Notes under the pieces: model-generated | Database searches by the model: none | What the model saw: only the letters and a program-made list of their open reading frames with translations | What the model was told of the DNA's origin: nothing | Source of the DNA: a bacterium | Lineage (GTDB): Bacteria; Omnitrophota; Gorgyraeia; Zapsychrales; Zapsychraceae | Assembly (NCBI GenBank): GCA_030429765.1 | Contig: JAUIER010000010.1 | Coordinates: forward strand, 34,162-98,161 | DNA length: 64,000 nucleotides | Direction: 5' to 3' | Program-made: the position numbers and the translations under genes | Shown: positions 1-9,564 of the stretch, piece after piece | Numbering within the stretch: position 1 is the first letter of the stretch | How the letters are laid out: each line of letters starts with the position of its first letter

Positions 1-2
1 AT

Positions 3-125
3 TGTGATGAATTCATTGCGATCCCGATGCATGGATCCGCTTCTTCCCTGAATGTCACCGTCAGCGCTTCGATTTTCATGTACGAAATGATCCGCCAAAG
101 AAATTTGTTAAATAAGTCTTTCTGA
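3..125 (+). CDS. 3' end of SpoU/TrmH-family RNA methyltransferase (truncated by window edge)
   Basis: Manual translation CDEFIAIPMHGSASSLNVTVSASIFMYEMIRQRNLLNKSF* matches the SPOUT C-terminal motif IPMxG..SLNVsva..ilyE..RQ; not in ORF track. Confidence 0.85.
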   Translation, partial: CDEFIAIPMHGSASSLNVTVSASIFMYEMIRQRNLLNKSF

Positions 126-183
126 TAGTCCTTTATGGTATAATGCAGAAAATCAAGGCCAATCCATTAAAAGGAGGATTCAG

Positions 184-711
184 TTGAAAAAAGCGTTTAC
201 ATTTTTACTCATTTTGACAGTGAGTACGAGCATCGGGTGTACAGGTTCGTTCAACCTGACAAAGAAAGTATACGACGCGCATCGATCGCAAAGTGACAAG
301 TGGGCCGACGAGCTGTTTTTCTTGGGCTGCGTTATTCTTCCAGTCTACGGAATCGCTACCTGGGCAGATGCCATCATCTTTAACTCAATTGAATTCTGGA
401 CGGGTGACAACCCGGTGGTCTACAATGATGACCAAAAAACGAAATTCGTGAACACCAAAGGCGAGCACGTAATTCTTTCGTATAATGCGGAATCGGATGA
501 AATCACGGTTCAATCCAAGGATGAAAACGGTGAGATTCAGAATATCGTCCTCGAACGTACAGACGGAGCGGTTATGGCGAAGGATGAGCTTGGACAGGTG
601 ATCTACTCATCAGTTACCAAAGCCGACGGCGGAGTCGATATTTACAATGATCAGATGCAAATTGTAAAGAGTTTTTCCGCAAGTGATGTTGATAATCAAC
701 GCGTAAAATAA
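184..711 (+). CDS. DUF3332-family lipoprotein
   Basis: Lipobox SIGC, then GSFNLT...KW.DEL.F...IPVYG...D.IIFNSIEFWTG.NP signature; AGGAGG RBS, TTG start, extended -10 TGGTATAAT upstream. Confidence 0.8.
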   Translation: MKKAFTFLLILTVSTSIGCTGSFNLTKKVYDAHRSQSDKWADELFFLGCVILPVYGIATWADAIIFNSIEFWTGDNPVVYNDDQKTKFVNTKGEHVILSYNAESDEITVQSKDENGEIQNIVLERTDGAVMAKDELGQVIYSSVTKADGGVDIYNDQMQIVKSFSASDVDNQRVK

Positions 712-737
712 GCGTTTTTCCCCGGCAGCGGGGCAAG

Positions 738-786
738 AATGACAAGGGGGCGGGCCGACACAGAGTCGGTCGGTCCCCTTTTCATT
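738..786 (+). terminator. GC-rich hairpin, probable intrinsic terminator after the DUF3332 gene
   Basis: AAGGGG..GCCGAC-acaga-GTCGGT..CCCCTT followed by TTCATTT. Confidence 0.55.
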
Positions 787-814
787 TATGGGAATTTGAT
801 CGATATATTCAGTC

Positions 815-1804
815 ATGAAGAAAAAACGGACAAAGAAATCGCGGCGTCGATCAATAGCAGTTCCTGTGATCGTTGCCGTCATCTGCATACTGACGGCGGC
901 CGTCCTGTTACGCAATGTGATCGTCAAGGCAGCGGTGGAACGGATCGGTTCGCACATTCTCGGGGCGCAGGTTGGGATTGAACGGTTTTCGATAGGTTTA
1001 GTCCGCCAGTCGGTCCGGATTCAGGGACTAAAGGTTCACCAGCCACATGGGTTCGGGGATGGAATGTTCCTGAGCGTGCCCGAAATAGAAATTCATGCCG
1101 ATTTCAGATCGTTGTTAAGTGGCCGGATCTATATCCGTCGGGCGAATATTTTCGTCAATGAATCCGTTATCATTCGTGATAAGTCTGGCTCTTTAAATAC
1201 GGATGCGCTTAAGGTGGTCAAGAATGCGTCATCCAATCCGACTCCAGCCACATCGACAAAGTTTCATATCAAAGAGCTTAAGTTGTCCATTAACCGGGTT
1301 GTGTACGAAGATTTTTCCAGAGGATCCAATCCCGTCGTGAAGGTCTATGATGTTGGGATCAAGGGTAAGGTGTTTCGGGATATCGACGGGGTTGGCAAGC
1401 TGGCCACGCTCATCGTTGTTCAGACGATGGGGCCGACGGCGATCAAGGGTGCGGGGATATACGCGGCGGCGACACTCATGGGGGTTAGTTTTTTGCCGGC
1501 CGGCATTATCGGCGCCATAGTCGCCAAGGATGATTCGTCACTCCTTATTCGTAAGGAATTTGATGAGGTCTACAGGATTTGCCTGGATTTTATTCGTCAG
1601 CAAGGACGTCTTAAAAAACAGCATAAAGGCCGGGGCATTATTACTGCCAAAATCAACGCCTATGATGTCAAGTTCGAGATCATTCGCCGGGAGCGTCAAT
1701 CCACGCAAGTTCGCGTATCCGCCCGAAAATTATTAATTCCCCAGCCGTCGATTGCCGGCGGACTGGCTTATCAGTTGAAGAAATTTATTACGGAGGATGA
1801 CTAG
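815..1804 (+). CDS. AsmA-like membrane-anchored protein with DUF3568-like C-terminal domain
   Basis: N-terminal TM; AsmA-type segment V.I.GLKV.QP.GF....FL.VPEI; C-terminal domain ends T.VRVSARK..IP.P.IA. Confidence 0.6.
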   Translation: MKKKRTKKSRRRSIAVPVIVAVICILTAAVLLRNVIVKAAVERIGSHILGAQVGIERFSIGLVRQSVRIQGLKVHQPHGFGDGMFLSVPEIEIHADFRSLLSGRIYIRRANIFVNESVIIRDKSGSLNTDALKVVKNASSNPTPATSTKFHIKELKLSINRVVYEDFSRGSNPVVKVYDVGIKGKVFRDIDGVGKLATLIVVQTMGPTAIKGAGIYAAATLMGVSFLPAGIIGAIVAKDDSSLLIRKEFDEVYRICLDFIRQQGRLKKQHKGRGIITAKINAYDVKFEIIRRERQSTQVRVSARKLLIPQPSIAGGLAYQLKKFITEDD

Positions 1805-1805
1805 C

Positions 1806-2159
1806 ATGCCCGAGAATGTGATCTACCATAATCCCCGCTGTTCGAAAAGCCGTGCAGCGATGGCGATTCTATCCGATCATCAAGCTGACGTGAAAGTAGT
1901 TGAATACCAACAAGATCCGCCTTCCGTGGCAGACCTGAAAGATATTTGCCGAAAATTGAAACTCGGGCCCGTGGATATTATTCGCACGCGGGATGTGAAA
2001 TTCAGGGCTTTGCATGTTGATGATTTGGCCTCGATGTCGGATGACGATATCTATCAGTTGATCGTTGATCATCCCGAAATATTGCAGCGGCCGATCGTCT
2101 GTTATCACGGCAAGGCCGTGATCGCACGTCCGGCGGAGCAAGTTCTGACGATTATTTAA
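1806..2159 (+). CDS. arsC: ArsC/Spx-family arsenate reductase (glutaredoxin type)
   Basis: IYHNPRCSKSR and ILQRPIV...IARP motifs; start moved to ATG 1806 (GGAGGA RBS). Confidence 0.85.
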   Translation: MPENVIYHNPRCSKSRAAMAILSDHQADVKVVEYQQDPPSVADLKDICRKLKLGPVDIIRTRDVKFRALHVDDLASMSDDDIYQLIVDHPEILQRPIVCYHGKAVIARPAEQVLTII

Positions 2160-2321
2160 GTCGATCCGAAAACAACGAAAACATGCTGTAATGTATCTTT
2201 TGCACGAAAAACACGTATAATTCGTTTGATTTCGCGGGGAATTTTCTTAGAATAGGAGATGAAGTTCCCACACCGCCAATCATAGATTTTCGTTTGCAAT
2301 TCAGACCAAAAGGAGATATTC

Positions 2322-3089
2322 ATGAATTTTAAAAGAAGTATTTTAGGTGCGATAGTGTGTGCGTGGATCGCGATTTGTGCGATCGGGCATATGCAACCAA
2401 CCATGGCCCTGGCTCAGGGTGATCAGAAGGTGATGTCGTACGTTGACTCGATCGAAGAGTCCAAGGCCGGGATGACATTATGGGAAACCATTCAGTCCGG
2501 CGGGGTCGTCATGATTGTATTGGGTGTGCTGTCGGTCGTGGCTATGTCGATTGTTGTCTACCTATTCTTCAGTCTCAATGTCAAACGGATTGCGCCGCGG
2601 GATTTTGCCGAGCTTGTCATCGAGCAATTGGATAACGGAAAGTTTGCCGAACTCGGGGAGACATGCAAGGGCAAGACGAATACGATTGCCAATATCATCA
2701 ACGCGGGATTAGAGAAGCAGCGTCGGGGAAAATTGTTCGCGAAAGAAGCGATGGAGAATCAGGTCCGGCAGGAAATCGGCGGACTATGGCAGAATATCAG
2801 CTATCTGGCGGATATCGCCGCTGTCGCGCCGTTGATCGGTCTTTTAGGTACCGTCGTCGGGATGATCCAGGCGTTTAATGTGATCGCGTTTCAATCTGCG
2901 GTGGTCAAGCCGATTCTGCTGGCCGGAGGGGTTTCCAAAGCGATGGTCACGACCGCGGCTGGTTTGGTGGTCGCCATTCCGGTGATGCTGTTTTACACGT
3001 ACTTCCGAGGGAAGGTTCAGGGTATTTCCAATCGCATCGAAACCTACGGGACAGACATTATCAAAATCTTTGAAGAGTCAGGAGACTAA
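2322..3089 (+). CDS. exbB: MotA/TolQ/ExbB proton channel protein
   Basis: APLIGLLGTVVGMI and AMVTTAAGLVVAIP motifs; N-terminal signal-like extension. Confidence 0.9.
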   Translation: MNFKRSILGAIVCAWIAICAIGHMQPTMALAQGDQKVMSYVDSIEESKAGMTLWETIQSGGVVMIVLGVLSVVAMSIVVYLFFSLNVKRIAPRDFAELVIEQLDNGKFAELGETCKGKTNTIANIINAGLEKQRRGKLFAKEAMENQVRQEIGGLWQNISYLADIAAVAPLIGLLGTVVGMIQAFNVIAFQSAVVKPILLAGGVSKAMVTTAAGLVVAIPVMLFYTYFRGKVQGISNRIETYGTDIIKIFEESGD

Positions 3090-3091
3090 TC

Positions 3092-3523
3092 ATGTCGAGG
3101 TTTGAAGTCAACGAATATCAGAAACAACGGCCGGTTGTTCAGATGGCTCCGCTGATCGATATCGTATTCCTGACGCTGGTATTTTTTATGACACTCTCGA
3201 TCTTTAATCAGCAGGAAACAGAGATTGATATCAGTGTTCCGCAGGCTCAAGAGGCCAAACAGGCGATGCGCAGCCCCGGGGAAATTATCATTAATATCGA
3301 TAAAGAAGGTTCCTTCGTCGTGAATCAGAACGAGCTGACGCAAGAAGGGCTCGAGCGAATGTTGATGAAGGTGTCCGGATTGTTTCCCGATCAATCGATC
3401 ATTATCCGTGCCGATGAAAACGCCCTGCATAAATACATCGTCAACGCCTTAGATGCCTGCGCCAAGGCCAACATCTGGAACATTTCCTTTGCCACGCAAA
3501 AAAAGAAAAATGAATCACCGTAA
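3092..3523 (+). CDS. exbD: ExbD/TolR biopolymer transport protein
   Basis: MAPLIDIVFLTLVFFM TM with conserved Asp; IIIRAD motif. Confidence 0.9.
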   Translation: MSRFEVNEYQKQRPVVQMAPLIDIVFLTLVFFMTLSIFNQQETEIDISVPQAQEAKQAMRSPGEIIINIDKEGSFVVNQNELTQEGLERMLMKVSGLFPDQSIIIRADENALHKYIVNALDACAKANIWNISFATQKKKNESP

Positions 3524-5870
3524 TCACTATCAACCTACTTTCATAGGAATATCAGCGCTAGTCGCCGCGGGTCTGATGCCGACCGTTGTGCATGCGCAGA
3601 GTGTTGATCCTCATTTCGAGAAGATCGACTTCGCGCACGGCCTATTTCAGCGGGGATTATACGAAATGGCGGCGGGCGAGTATCAGCAATTTATCGATAA
3701 GTTCGCCGACAGTGATTTGATTCATGAAGCGTATTTTGGGTTGGCTGAAAGTTATTTCTTCGAGGAGCAATTTCAGCAGGCCGCGGATGTTTTCCGGACG
3801 TATGTCACGCAATTCCCCAACCGCGACAAGATAAACCTGGCCAAAATCAGATTGGGTCAAAGCCTGCAGCAATTACAGAAGTTTGACGAGGCGCTGGCGG
3901 CCGCCAATGAAATTCCCGACGACGGATTGGATCAGCAGTGGATCCAGAACAAGTACCTGCTGCTCGCGCAGATCTACAAGACTCAGGGCAATCATGACCA
4001 GGCGATCGCGAACTACCAAAAGGTCGAGGAAATCGCCAAAGACAGTCCGACGGCCATCGAAACGTATATTAAGCTAGGAGAAAGTCACAAGGAAAAAGCA
4101 GATTACCCGACGGCCATCGCTTATTTTCAAAAGGCGATTGATTTTACCAAGGACGATAAGGTCAAAAGCCTGGCGCTGTACAAGCAGGCGGAGATTGTGT
4201 TTTTGATGGAGGAATATCATGACAGTGCTGACCTGTTCGCTCAGGTCGTTGATCTGCAGGCTGATCCGTCGATGGTGGAGGACGCGATCAGTAATCTACT
4301 GTTAGCGCTCTTTAATGTGCCGGCGTACAACGCGGTCATTTCGCGTTATGAGCACTACAAGTCGCAGCTTACCCCACAGGGCCGTCAGTTTGATGCCGAT
4401 TTCGTATTGGCCCGATCGTACAAGCTCGAAGGCCAGTTTGACGCCGCGCTGGAAGCAGCCGACCGCGCGCTGGCCATTCCGGATATCTCGGCGGCCAATC
4501 GCAACAAGGCGGTGGATACCAAGGTTGAAGTGCTTTTCTTATCCAAGCGGTACGAATCGGTCATCCAGTTGATCGACAGCCAGTGGACGGATCAGACCGA
4601 ATACCGCGCCAAGGCATTGTTCTTTAAGGCGGAATCGCATTACAGTCTGGGCCGGTTCGAGGAAGCGCACAATTACTACGAAACGCTGCTGGCGGAGTAT
4701 CCGGAGACCGAGTTTAAGGAGGAGGCGACATACGGGCTGGCGCATGCCAAGAATGCGCTGGGTAAAGAGACTGAAGCCGCTGATCTGTTTAAACAATATT
4801 TTGCCTCGGCCGACGATGATGAGAAGAAAAAAGAGGCGCTGTACAATCAGATCCTGCTGCACAGCAAACTAAATAAAGTCGAACAGGGAATCGCTGACGC
4901 CGAACAGTACCTAAACAATTACGCCGAAGATTCCAAGCGCGGAATCGTCATGTTCCTGCTGGGAAATCTTTATTCAAAACAAAATCGTTATGATGACGCG
5001 ATCCGGATGTTTCAGCAGATCGTCGATCATGACCCGACGAATCCCAAACGTCAGGACAGCACATTTCTCCTGGCGTATAACCTGCAGTTGAAAGGTGATA
5101 TCCCCAAGGCGTTGGAATATTACGCGTTGGTTCCGCAGAATCCCGAAGATCCGACGCTGTACTACTCGGCGCGGAAGAATATGGCATTGATTCATCTGGA
5201 ACAGGAAAACTTTCCCAAGGCCGTCTTGATCCTCAAAGAGATTATCACCAGCTATGAAGAGAATGATCTGACCATTGACATGTATCTGTGGCTGGCCGAA
5301 AAAACACTCGAGGCCAAATCCTACGATGCCGTCATCTCGGTCTTGAACAAGGCGGAGGGCAAACAAAAAACCGATGATGACCGTCAGGCGGTGGCGTTCT
5401 TCAAGGCCACGGCCCATCAAAAGCAGTCCGAATGTGATCAGGCCATTCCGCTGTATGACACCGTGATCGGTATTCAGAATGACAGCTTGTTTATCGGTCA
5501 GAGCCTGATCGGCAAGTCGCAATGTTTGATTGAGCAAAAAGATTACGCGGCCGCCAAGCAGGTGCTGGATCAAGTGCTGCTGGATTTCGGAGATGACGAT
5601 AAGATCTCATTGCTCGCGCGGTTTGAAATGGGACATTTGCTGGAGCTCAAAGGCAAACCGGAAGACGCGGCGAAGTTTTATATGCTCGTCGCTGTTTTGT
5701 ACAACGACACCTATTATTGTCCGGAAGCCCTGTTCCGGGCCGGACAGATTTTTGAACAGACCAAAAATATCAAGAATGCCAGAAACGTGTATCAGGAGAT
5801 TATTCAGTTATACATGAACAGTCATCGATTTTCTGAGGCACAGAAAAGACTGGCAGCCATTGCCCCATGA
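3510..5870 (+). CDS. Large exported tetratricopeptide-repeat protein (YbgF/CpoB/BamD-like repeats)
   Basis: Signal peptide ending VHA|Q; many TPR units (A.F.LAESYF...F..A...F..Y...FP); start at ATG 3510 overlapping exbD. Confidence 0.85.
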   Translation: MNHRNHYQPTFIGISALVAAGLMPTVVHAQSVDPHFEKIDFAHGLFQRGLYEMAAGEYQQFIDKFADSDLIHEAYFGLAESYFFEEQFQQAADVFRTYVTQFPNRDKINLAKIRLGQSLQQLQKFDEALAAANEIPDDGLDQQWIQNKYLLLAQIYKTQGNHDQAIANYQKVEEIAKDSPTAIETYIKLGESHKEKADYPTAIAYFQKAIDFTKDDKVKSLALYKQAEIVFLMEEYHDSADLFAQVVDLQADPSMVEDAISNLLLALFNVPAYNAVISRYEHYKSQLTPQGRQFDADFVLARSYKLEGQFDAALEAADRALAIPDISAANRNKAVDTKVEVLFLSKRYESVIQLIDSQWTDQTEYRAKALFFKAESHYSLGRFEEAHNYYETLLAEYPETEFKEEATYGLAHAKNALGKETEAADLFKQYFASADDDEKKKEALYNQILLHSKLNKVEQGIADAEQYLNNYAEDSKRGIVMFLLGNLYSKQNRYDDAIRMFQQIVDHDPTNPKRQDSTFLLAYNLQLKGDIPKALEYYALVPQNPEDPTLYYSARKNMALIHLEQENFPKAVLILKEIITSYEENDLTIDMYLWLAEKTLEAKSYDAVISVLNKAEGKQKTDDDRQAVAFFKATAHQKQSECDQAIPLYDTVIGIQNDSLFIGQSLIGKSQCLIEQKDYAAAKQVLDQVLLDFGDDDKISLLARFEMGHLLELKGKPEDAAKFYMLVAVLYNDTYYCPEALFRAGQIFEQTKNIKNARNVYQEIIQLYMNSHRFSEAQKRLAAIAP

Positions 5871-7519
5871 AACGAAAAAGTAAAATCCTGACATCATTGG
5901 GAGTTTCGTTGCTTCTGCACGGCTTGTTGTTCGTCGGAACAACGAAGATCATGTTTACGACACCGTCGGATGAGGCTGACGAGCCTCAGCGTAATTTCCG
6001 CATTAAGAAACTCCATGCGTCGCTTCCGGAACGCAAGGCGTATCAGGCGCGGCAAATGGATTATGTCGAGAAGATCCAGTTTGAACAGCCGGCCGAATGG
6101 CAATTGGCGAAGAAGAGCTACGACAAGTTTGAGACATCCAAGGATGAGGCCAAGATTCAGTCGTATGATGAGAAGATTGATCAGCTGGTCGACGCCCGGG
6201 TCAAAGATGTTGAGCTCAAGAAGGAAGAGGTTTTTCGGGATCTGTCGAAGCTTAAGAAAGACCCGGTTTCCAATCAGCCCAAGCGTTTTATCGAACTTAG
6301 TAAAGTCACCGAGGAAAACACGGCCATTGCGCCCGAACGTGTGATTCAGGATCAGATCGAAGCTGAAGACTTTTATGAAAAGATGCCGGGTTTTACGCCG
6401 AAGTGGAATCCGATGGTGAAGGAGATCAAGACTGCCGACACCGTCCCAGAAAAGCCGCGCGAATACAAACCGTTGATCTCCAAGAAAAGCAAGTTTACTG
6501 ATCTCAAGGAATACATCATCAGTGAGATCCTGACGTACGAAGACCCCGAGACACGTGAAAAATATTTTCAGATCAACATGAAGGTGGGTAAGGATAATCA
6601 GGAGCTCAAGACGATTCCCAAGGAAATTGTCTTCCTGATCGATTGTTCAAAGAGTACGACGGAAAAACGATTCCGTGAGTTTAAGGAAGGTCTTGAATAC
6701 AGCCTGCAGAATCTCAACCCCGATGACGCGTTCAATATTCTGGCCTTTAAAAAGTTTATCATCGATTTTTCACCTGAATCAGTTTCCCCGACGCCGGAAA
6801 ATATTCAGAACGCCCTTAAATTTGTCGACCGTTTGTCACTGGGAACACGGACGGACGCGTATAATGCGTTACTTAAAAGCATCTCCCGGCCGATGGTCCG
6901 CAATCCATCGTATATCATATTCCTGAGTGACGGGTATCCGACGCAGGGGATTACGGAACCGAGTCAGATCATCCATGAAGTTTCCGATACGAACGCATCA
7001 CGGCGTTCAATATTCGGATTCAGCGGGGGGACCAACGTGAACCGTTATCTGCTGGATTTCATCACATACAAGAACCGCGGATGGAGTGAGTATTCGTACC
7101 GGTCGCATCAGATCGGCCGTTATCTGTCGGCGCTGTATGATAAAATCCGTGATCCGCTGCTGGTCAATGTCCGTTACCATGCCAGCGGGCTGGACGAAGA
7201 ACAGATCTATCCCAAACTGCTGCCCGATTTTTTCCGGAATGTGGAATTTTCCCTGTTCGGCCGATATGATGATGAGGATGAATTTGTGCTTCAGCTTGTC
7301 GGGGATGTCAAAGGCAAGGTGACGGAGTATCTGGTGGAGGCCGATCTGAACAACGCGCCGTCCGGCGATGAGAGTATTGCCAAGAATTGGGCCTTCAACA
7401 AGATCTATGAATTGATTGGCCAGTTGCGGGAAAGTCAGGATAATACCGCGTTGCTGGATGAGATTGAAGCGCTGTCCCGCCGTTATAAAATCAAGACGCC
7501 CTACCTGAACCGCCGTTAA
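5867..7519 (+). CDS. Membrane-anchored von Willebrand factor A (VIT/ITIH-like) domain protein
   Basis: N-terminal TM SLGVSLLLHGLL; MIDAS elements FLIDCSKS, GTRT, FLSDG; LYP..LPDFF C-terminal region typical of VIT-VWA proteins; ATGA overlap with TPR gene. Confidence 0.85.
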   Translation: MKRKSKILTSLGVSLLLHGLLFVGTTKIMFTTPSDEADEPQRNFRIKKLHASLPERKAYQARQMDYVEKIQFEQPAEWQLAKKSYDKFETSKDEAKIQSYDEKIDQLVDARVKDVELKKEEVFRDLSKLKKDPVSNQPKRFIELSKVTEENTAIAPERVIQDQIEAEDFYEKMPGFTPKWNPMVKEIKTADTVPEKPREYKPLISKKSKFTDLKEYIISEILTYEDPETREKYFQINMKVGKDNQELKTIPKEIVFLIDCSKSTTEKRFREFKEGLEYSLQNLNPDDAFNILAFKKFIIDFSPESVSPTPENIQNALKFVDRLSLGTRTDAYNALLKSISRPMVRNPSYIIFLSDGYPTQGITEPSQIIHEVSDTNASRRSIFGFSGGTNVNRYLLDFITYKNRGWSEYSYRSHQIGRYLSALYDKIRDPLLVNVRYHASGLDEEQIYPKLLPDFFRNVEFSLFGRYDDEDEFVLQLVGDVKGKVTEYLVEADLNNAPSGDESIAKNWAFNKIYELIGQLRESQDNTALLDEIEALSRRYKIKTPYLNRR

Positions 7520-7520
7520 T

Positions 7521-8639
7521 CTACGGCATTTGTTTCTTCATTTGATTGTCTATAATCCATAAAAAATCCCGTCGCTGGGCAATAGCCTCAGCGATCTTAC
7601 GATTGGCCGGCGCGGTGAAATGCGGACTGGCGTCATAGAAATATTTTTTGTCGTCGGCCTTGAAAAAGGCGGCGATGGTATTAATGAAAGGAATTTGATT
7701 ACGCGCCGCGTATTGTCCGACAATTGAATAGGCAAAATAGTCCGTATACTTTTTGCCGATCTCAAAATCCCATTCCCGGCGGCCTTCCCGCCACTGCTTG
7801 TCGTCAATATGAATGCCGTAGGGGTACATGACGATGATCAGCGGGACATCATTTTCTTGGAGCAGGGAATGAATCTTGTCCAAATACTTTTCGGTGCGTT
7901 TGAAGCGCTGTTGAATCAACTCGCGCTTGTCACGCCCGCGCAGCATCAAGTAAGGATCCGTCTCGGTGAAACTAACTTGCGGCTCTTCGATGTAGTTCTG
8001 ATGGATCCAGCGGATCAGGGCGCTGTATTTTTTCCCCCATAACAACCAATTGAAGCGTCCATCCTGATAGGTCGGATCAAAGCGCACGATGTTTCCATCC
8101 CGGACAACGGCCTGGGATTCTTTGCGCCAATCATCCTGTATGTCCGTTAGATCGACGGCGAGAATTATCAAATCAGGTTGATACTGAAGGTGAATGTCGC
8201 GGATATTGACGTAATGGTCGATCGGTGAGCTGTCATGCACGCCGGCATTGACCACTTCCGCCCGGATATTCTGCTCCTGCAGGACTTGCTGGAGATAGGC
8301 CGGAATGGTTTGAGAATCCTGTGCGCCGACACCGAAAATTCGTGAATCGCCTACCACAAAGATCCTGAGCGAATCCGTGGGTTTGCTAAAGAGAAAATTC
8401 CGTCCGCGAAATCCAAAGGTATTGATGTTGGCCTCATACGGCACGCCATCGATCGTCTCGCTTAAACGGGTTTGCGGCGAGTAAAGAACAGTCCCACTAT
8501 TCTGACGTAGCCCGGATGCCGCCGGCTTGGCCGGCTGGGTGCTCCGGAGTATCAGCTCCGTTACAAAAAGCAGCAGCATCAGGATCAGGACAAATCCGAT
8601 CATGCGCAGGCCGAGTTGTTGGAATTTATCTTTTATCAT
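7521..8639 (-). CDS. SGNH/GDSL hydrolase-like membrane-anchored protein
   Basis: TM, then IN..GFRG, VVGDS..FG.G, EVVNAG, terminal PH..A.N..IAEAI; start trimmed to ATG 8639. Confidence 0.8.
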   Translation of the reverse strand: MIKDKFQQLGLRMIGFVLILMLLLFVTELILRSTQPAKPAASGLRQNSGTVLYSPQTRLSETIDGVPYEANINTFGFRGRNFLFSKPTDSLRIFVVGDSRIFGVGAQDSQTIPAYLQQVLQEQNIRAEVVNAGVHDSSPIDHYVNIRDIHLQYQPDLIILAVDLTDIQDDWRKESQAVVRDGNIVRFDPTYQDGRFNWLLWGKKYSALIRWIHQNYIEEPQVSFTETDPYLMLRGRDKRELIQQRFKRTEKYLDKIHSLLQENDVPLIIVMYPYGIHIDDKQWREGRREWDFEIGKKYTDYFAYSIVGQYAARNQIPFINTIAAFFKADDKKYFYDASPHFTAPANRKIAEAIAQRRDFLWIIDNQMKKQMP

Positions 8640-8771
8640 ATTTTCCCGTCGTTTTAGGGCATTATAGACAGCCGCATTCCTCCAGGCAAGGATTATCAAT
8701 TGATCGGTTGGAACCAATCGATTTTGAAATTTATGATTGATTTTCACAGGTTGACTGATACGATACCTGCA

Positions 8772-9272
8772 ATGAACAAATCTTCACTTATTAAATTAGG
8801 GCTTCTGCTGGTCCTGTGTGCGGGATTGAGCGGATGTGAACAGATCCTGACCGAGATCCTGTCTGAGCCGACACCGGCGACGCAGACACGTACGCCCACC
8901 GTTCAGCAGGGCAGCGCGCACTCCGGGCAGGTTTCAGCCGGCATTCGGCGGATCAAGGAGGCCTATGCCGACAGGGATTCGGATTTTTTTGTCGAGGCCA
9001 GGGCACAGGTTGTCAAGGTTCTCCGGGATGACACCGAGGGAGATCAGCATCAGCGGTTTATCGTGGAAGTCGCGCCATCACACACCTTATTGGTCAGCCA
9101 TAATATTGATCTGGCCCCCCGCGTGGCCGGTTTGCAGGCCGGAGATTGGGTGTCGTTTCGCGGTGAGTACGTCTGGAACAACAAAGGCGGTATAATCCAC
9201 TGGACCCATCATGATCCCCGCGGTCGGCATGAGGGCGGCTGGATTGAGCACGACGGAAATGTCTATAAATAA
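8772..9272 (+). CDS. DUF3465-family lipoprotein
   Basis: Lipobox LSGC; L.DD..G..HQRFI, HNIDLAPR, GEY.WN.KGG.IHWTHHDP.GRH.GGW signature. Confidence 0.88.
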   Translation: MNKSSLIKLGLLLVLCAGLSGCEQILTEILSEPTPATQTRTPTVQQGSAHSGQVSAGIRRIKEAYADRDSDFFVEARAQVVKVLRDDTEGDQHQRFIVEVAPSHTLLVSHNIDLAPRVAGLQAGDWVSFRGEYVWNNKGGIIHWTHHDPRGRHEGGWIEHDGNVYK

Positions 9273-9564
9273 CCCGTCTGGGGACTGTCGCTCAAACAAA
9301 AATCTTGTCAGTGCCAATCAATTACGGTAGAATATACCCAATTTAACCGCATCGTACTCGTATGGCTGTATTTACGCATCCTTTTTGTGATCACAAACAC
9401 AAAACTTCACACCGATCAATGTGGCGATTGACACAAATCCATTTCAAACACAAACTTCAACAACTGCTCCGGCCCACGGATACGCCGGATTTCCATAGAC
9501 TGTAAATTAAACAGGCAGCGGGACATTGCTGTGTCACTTAAGAGCAGTATGAAAGGAGAAATAC

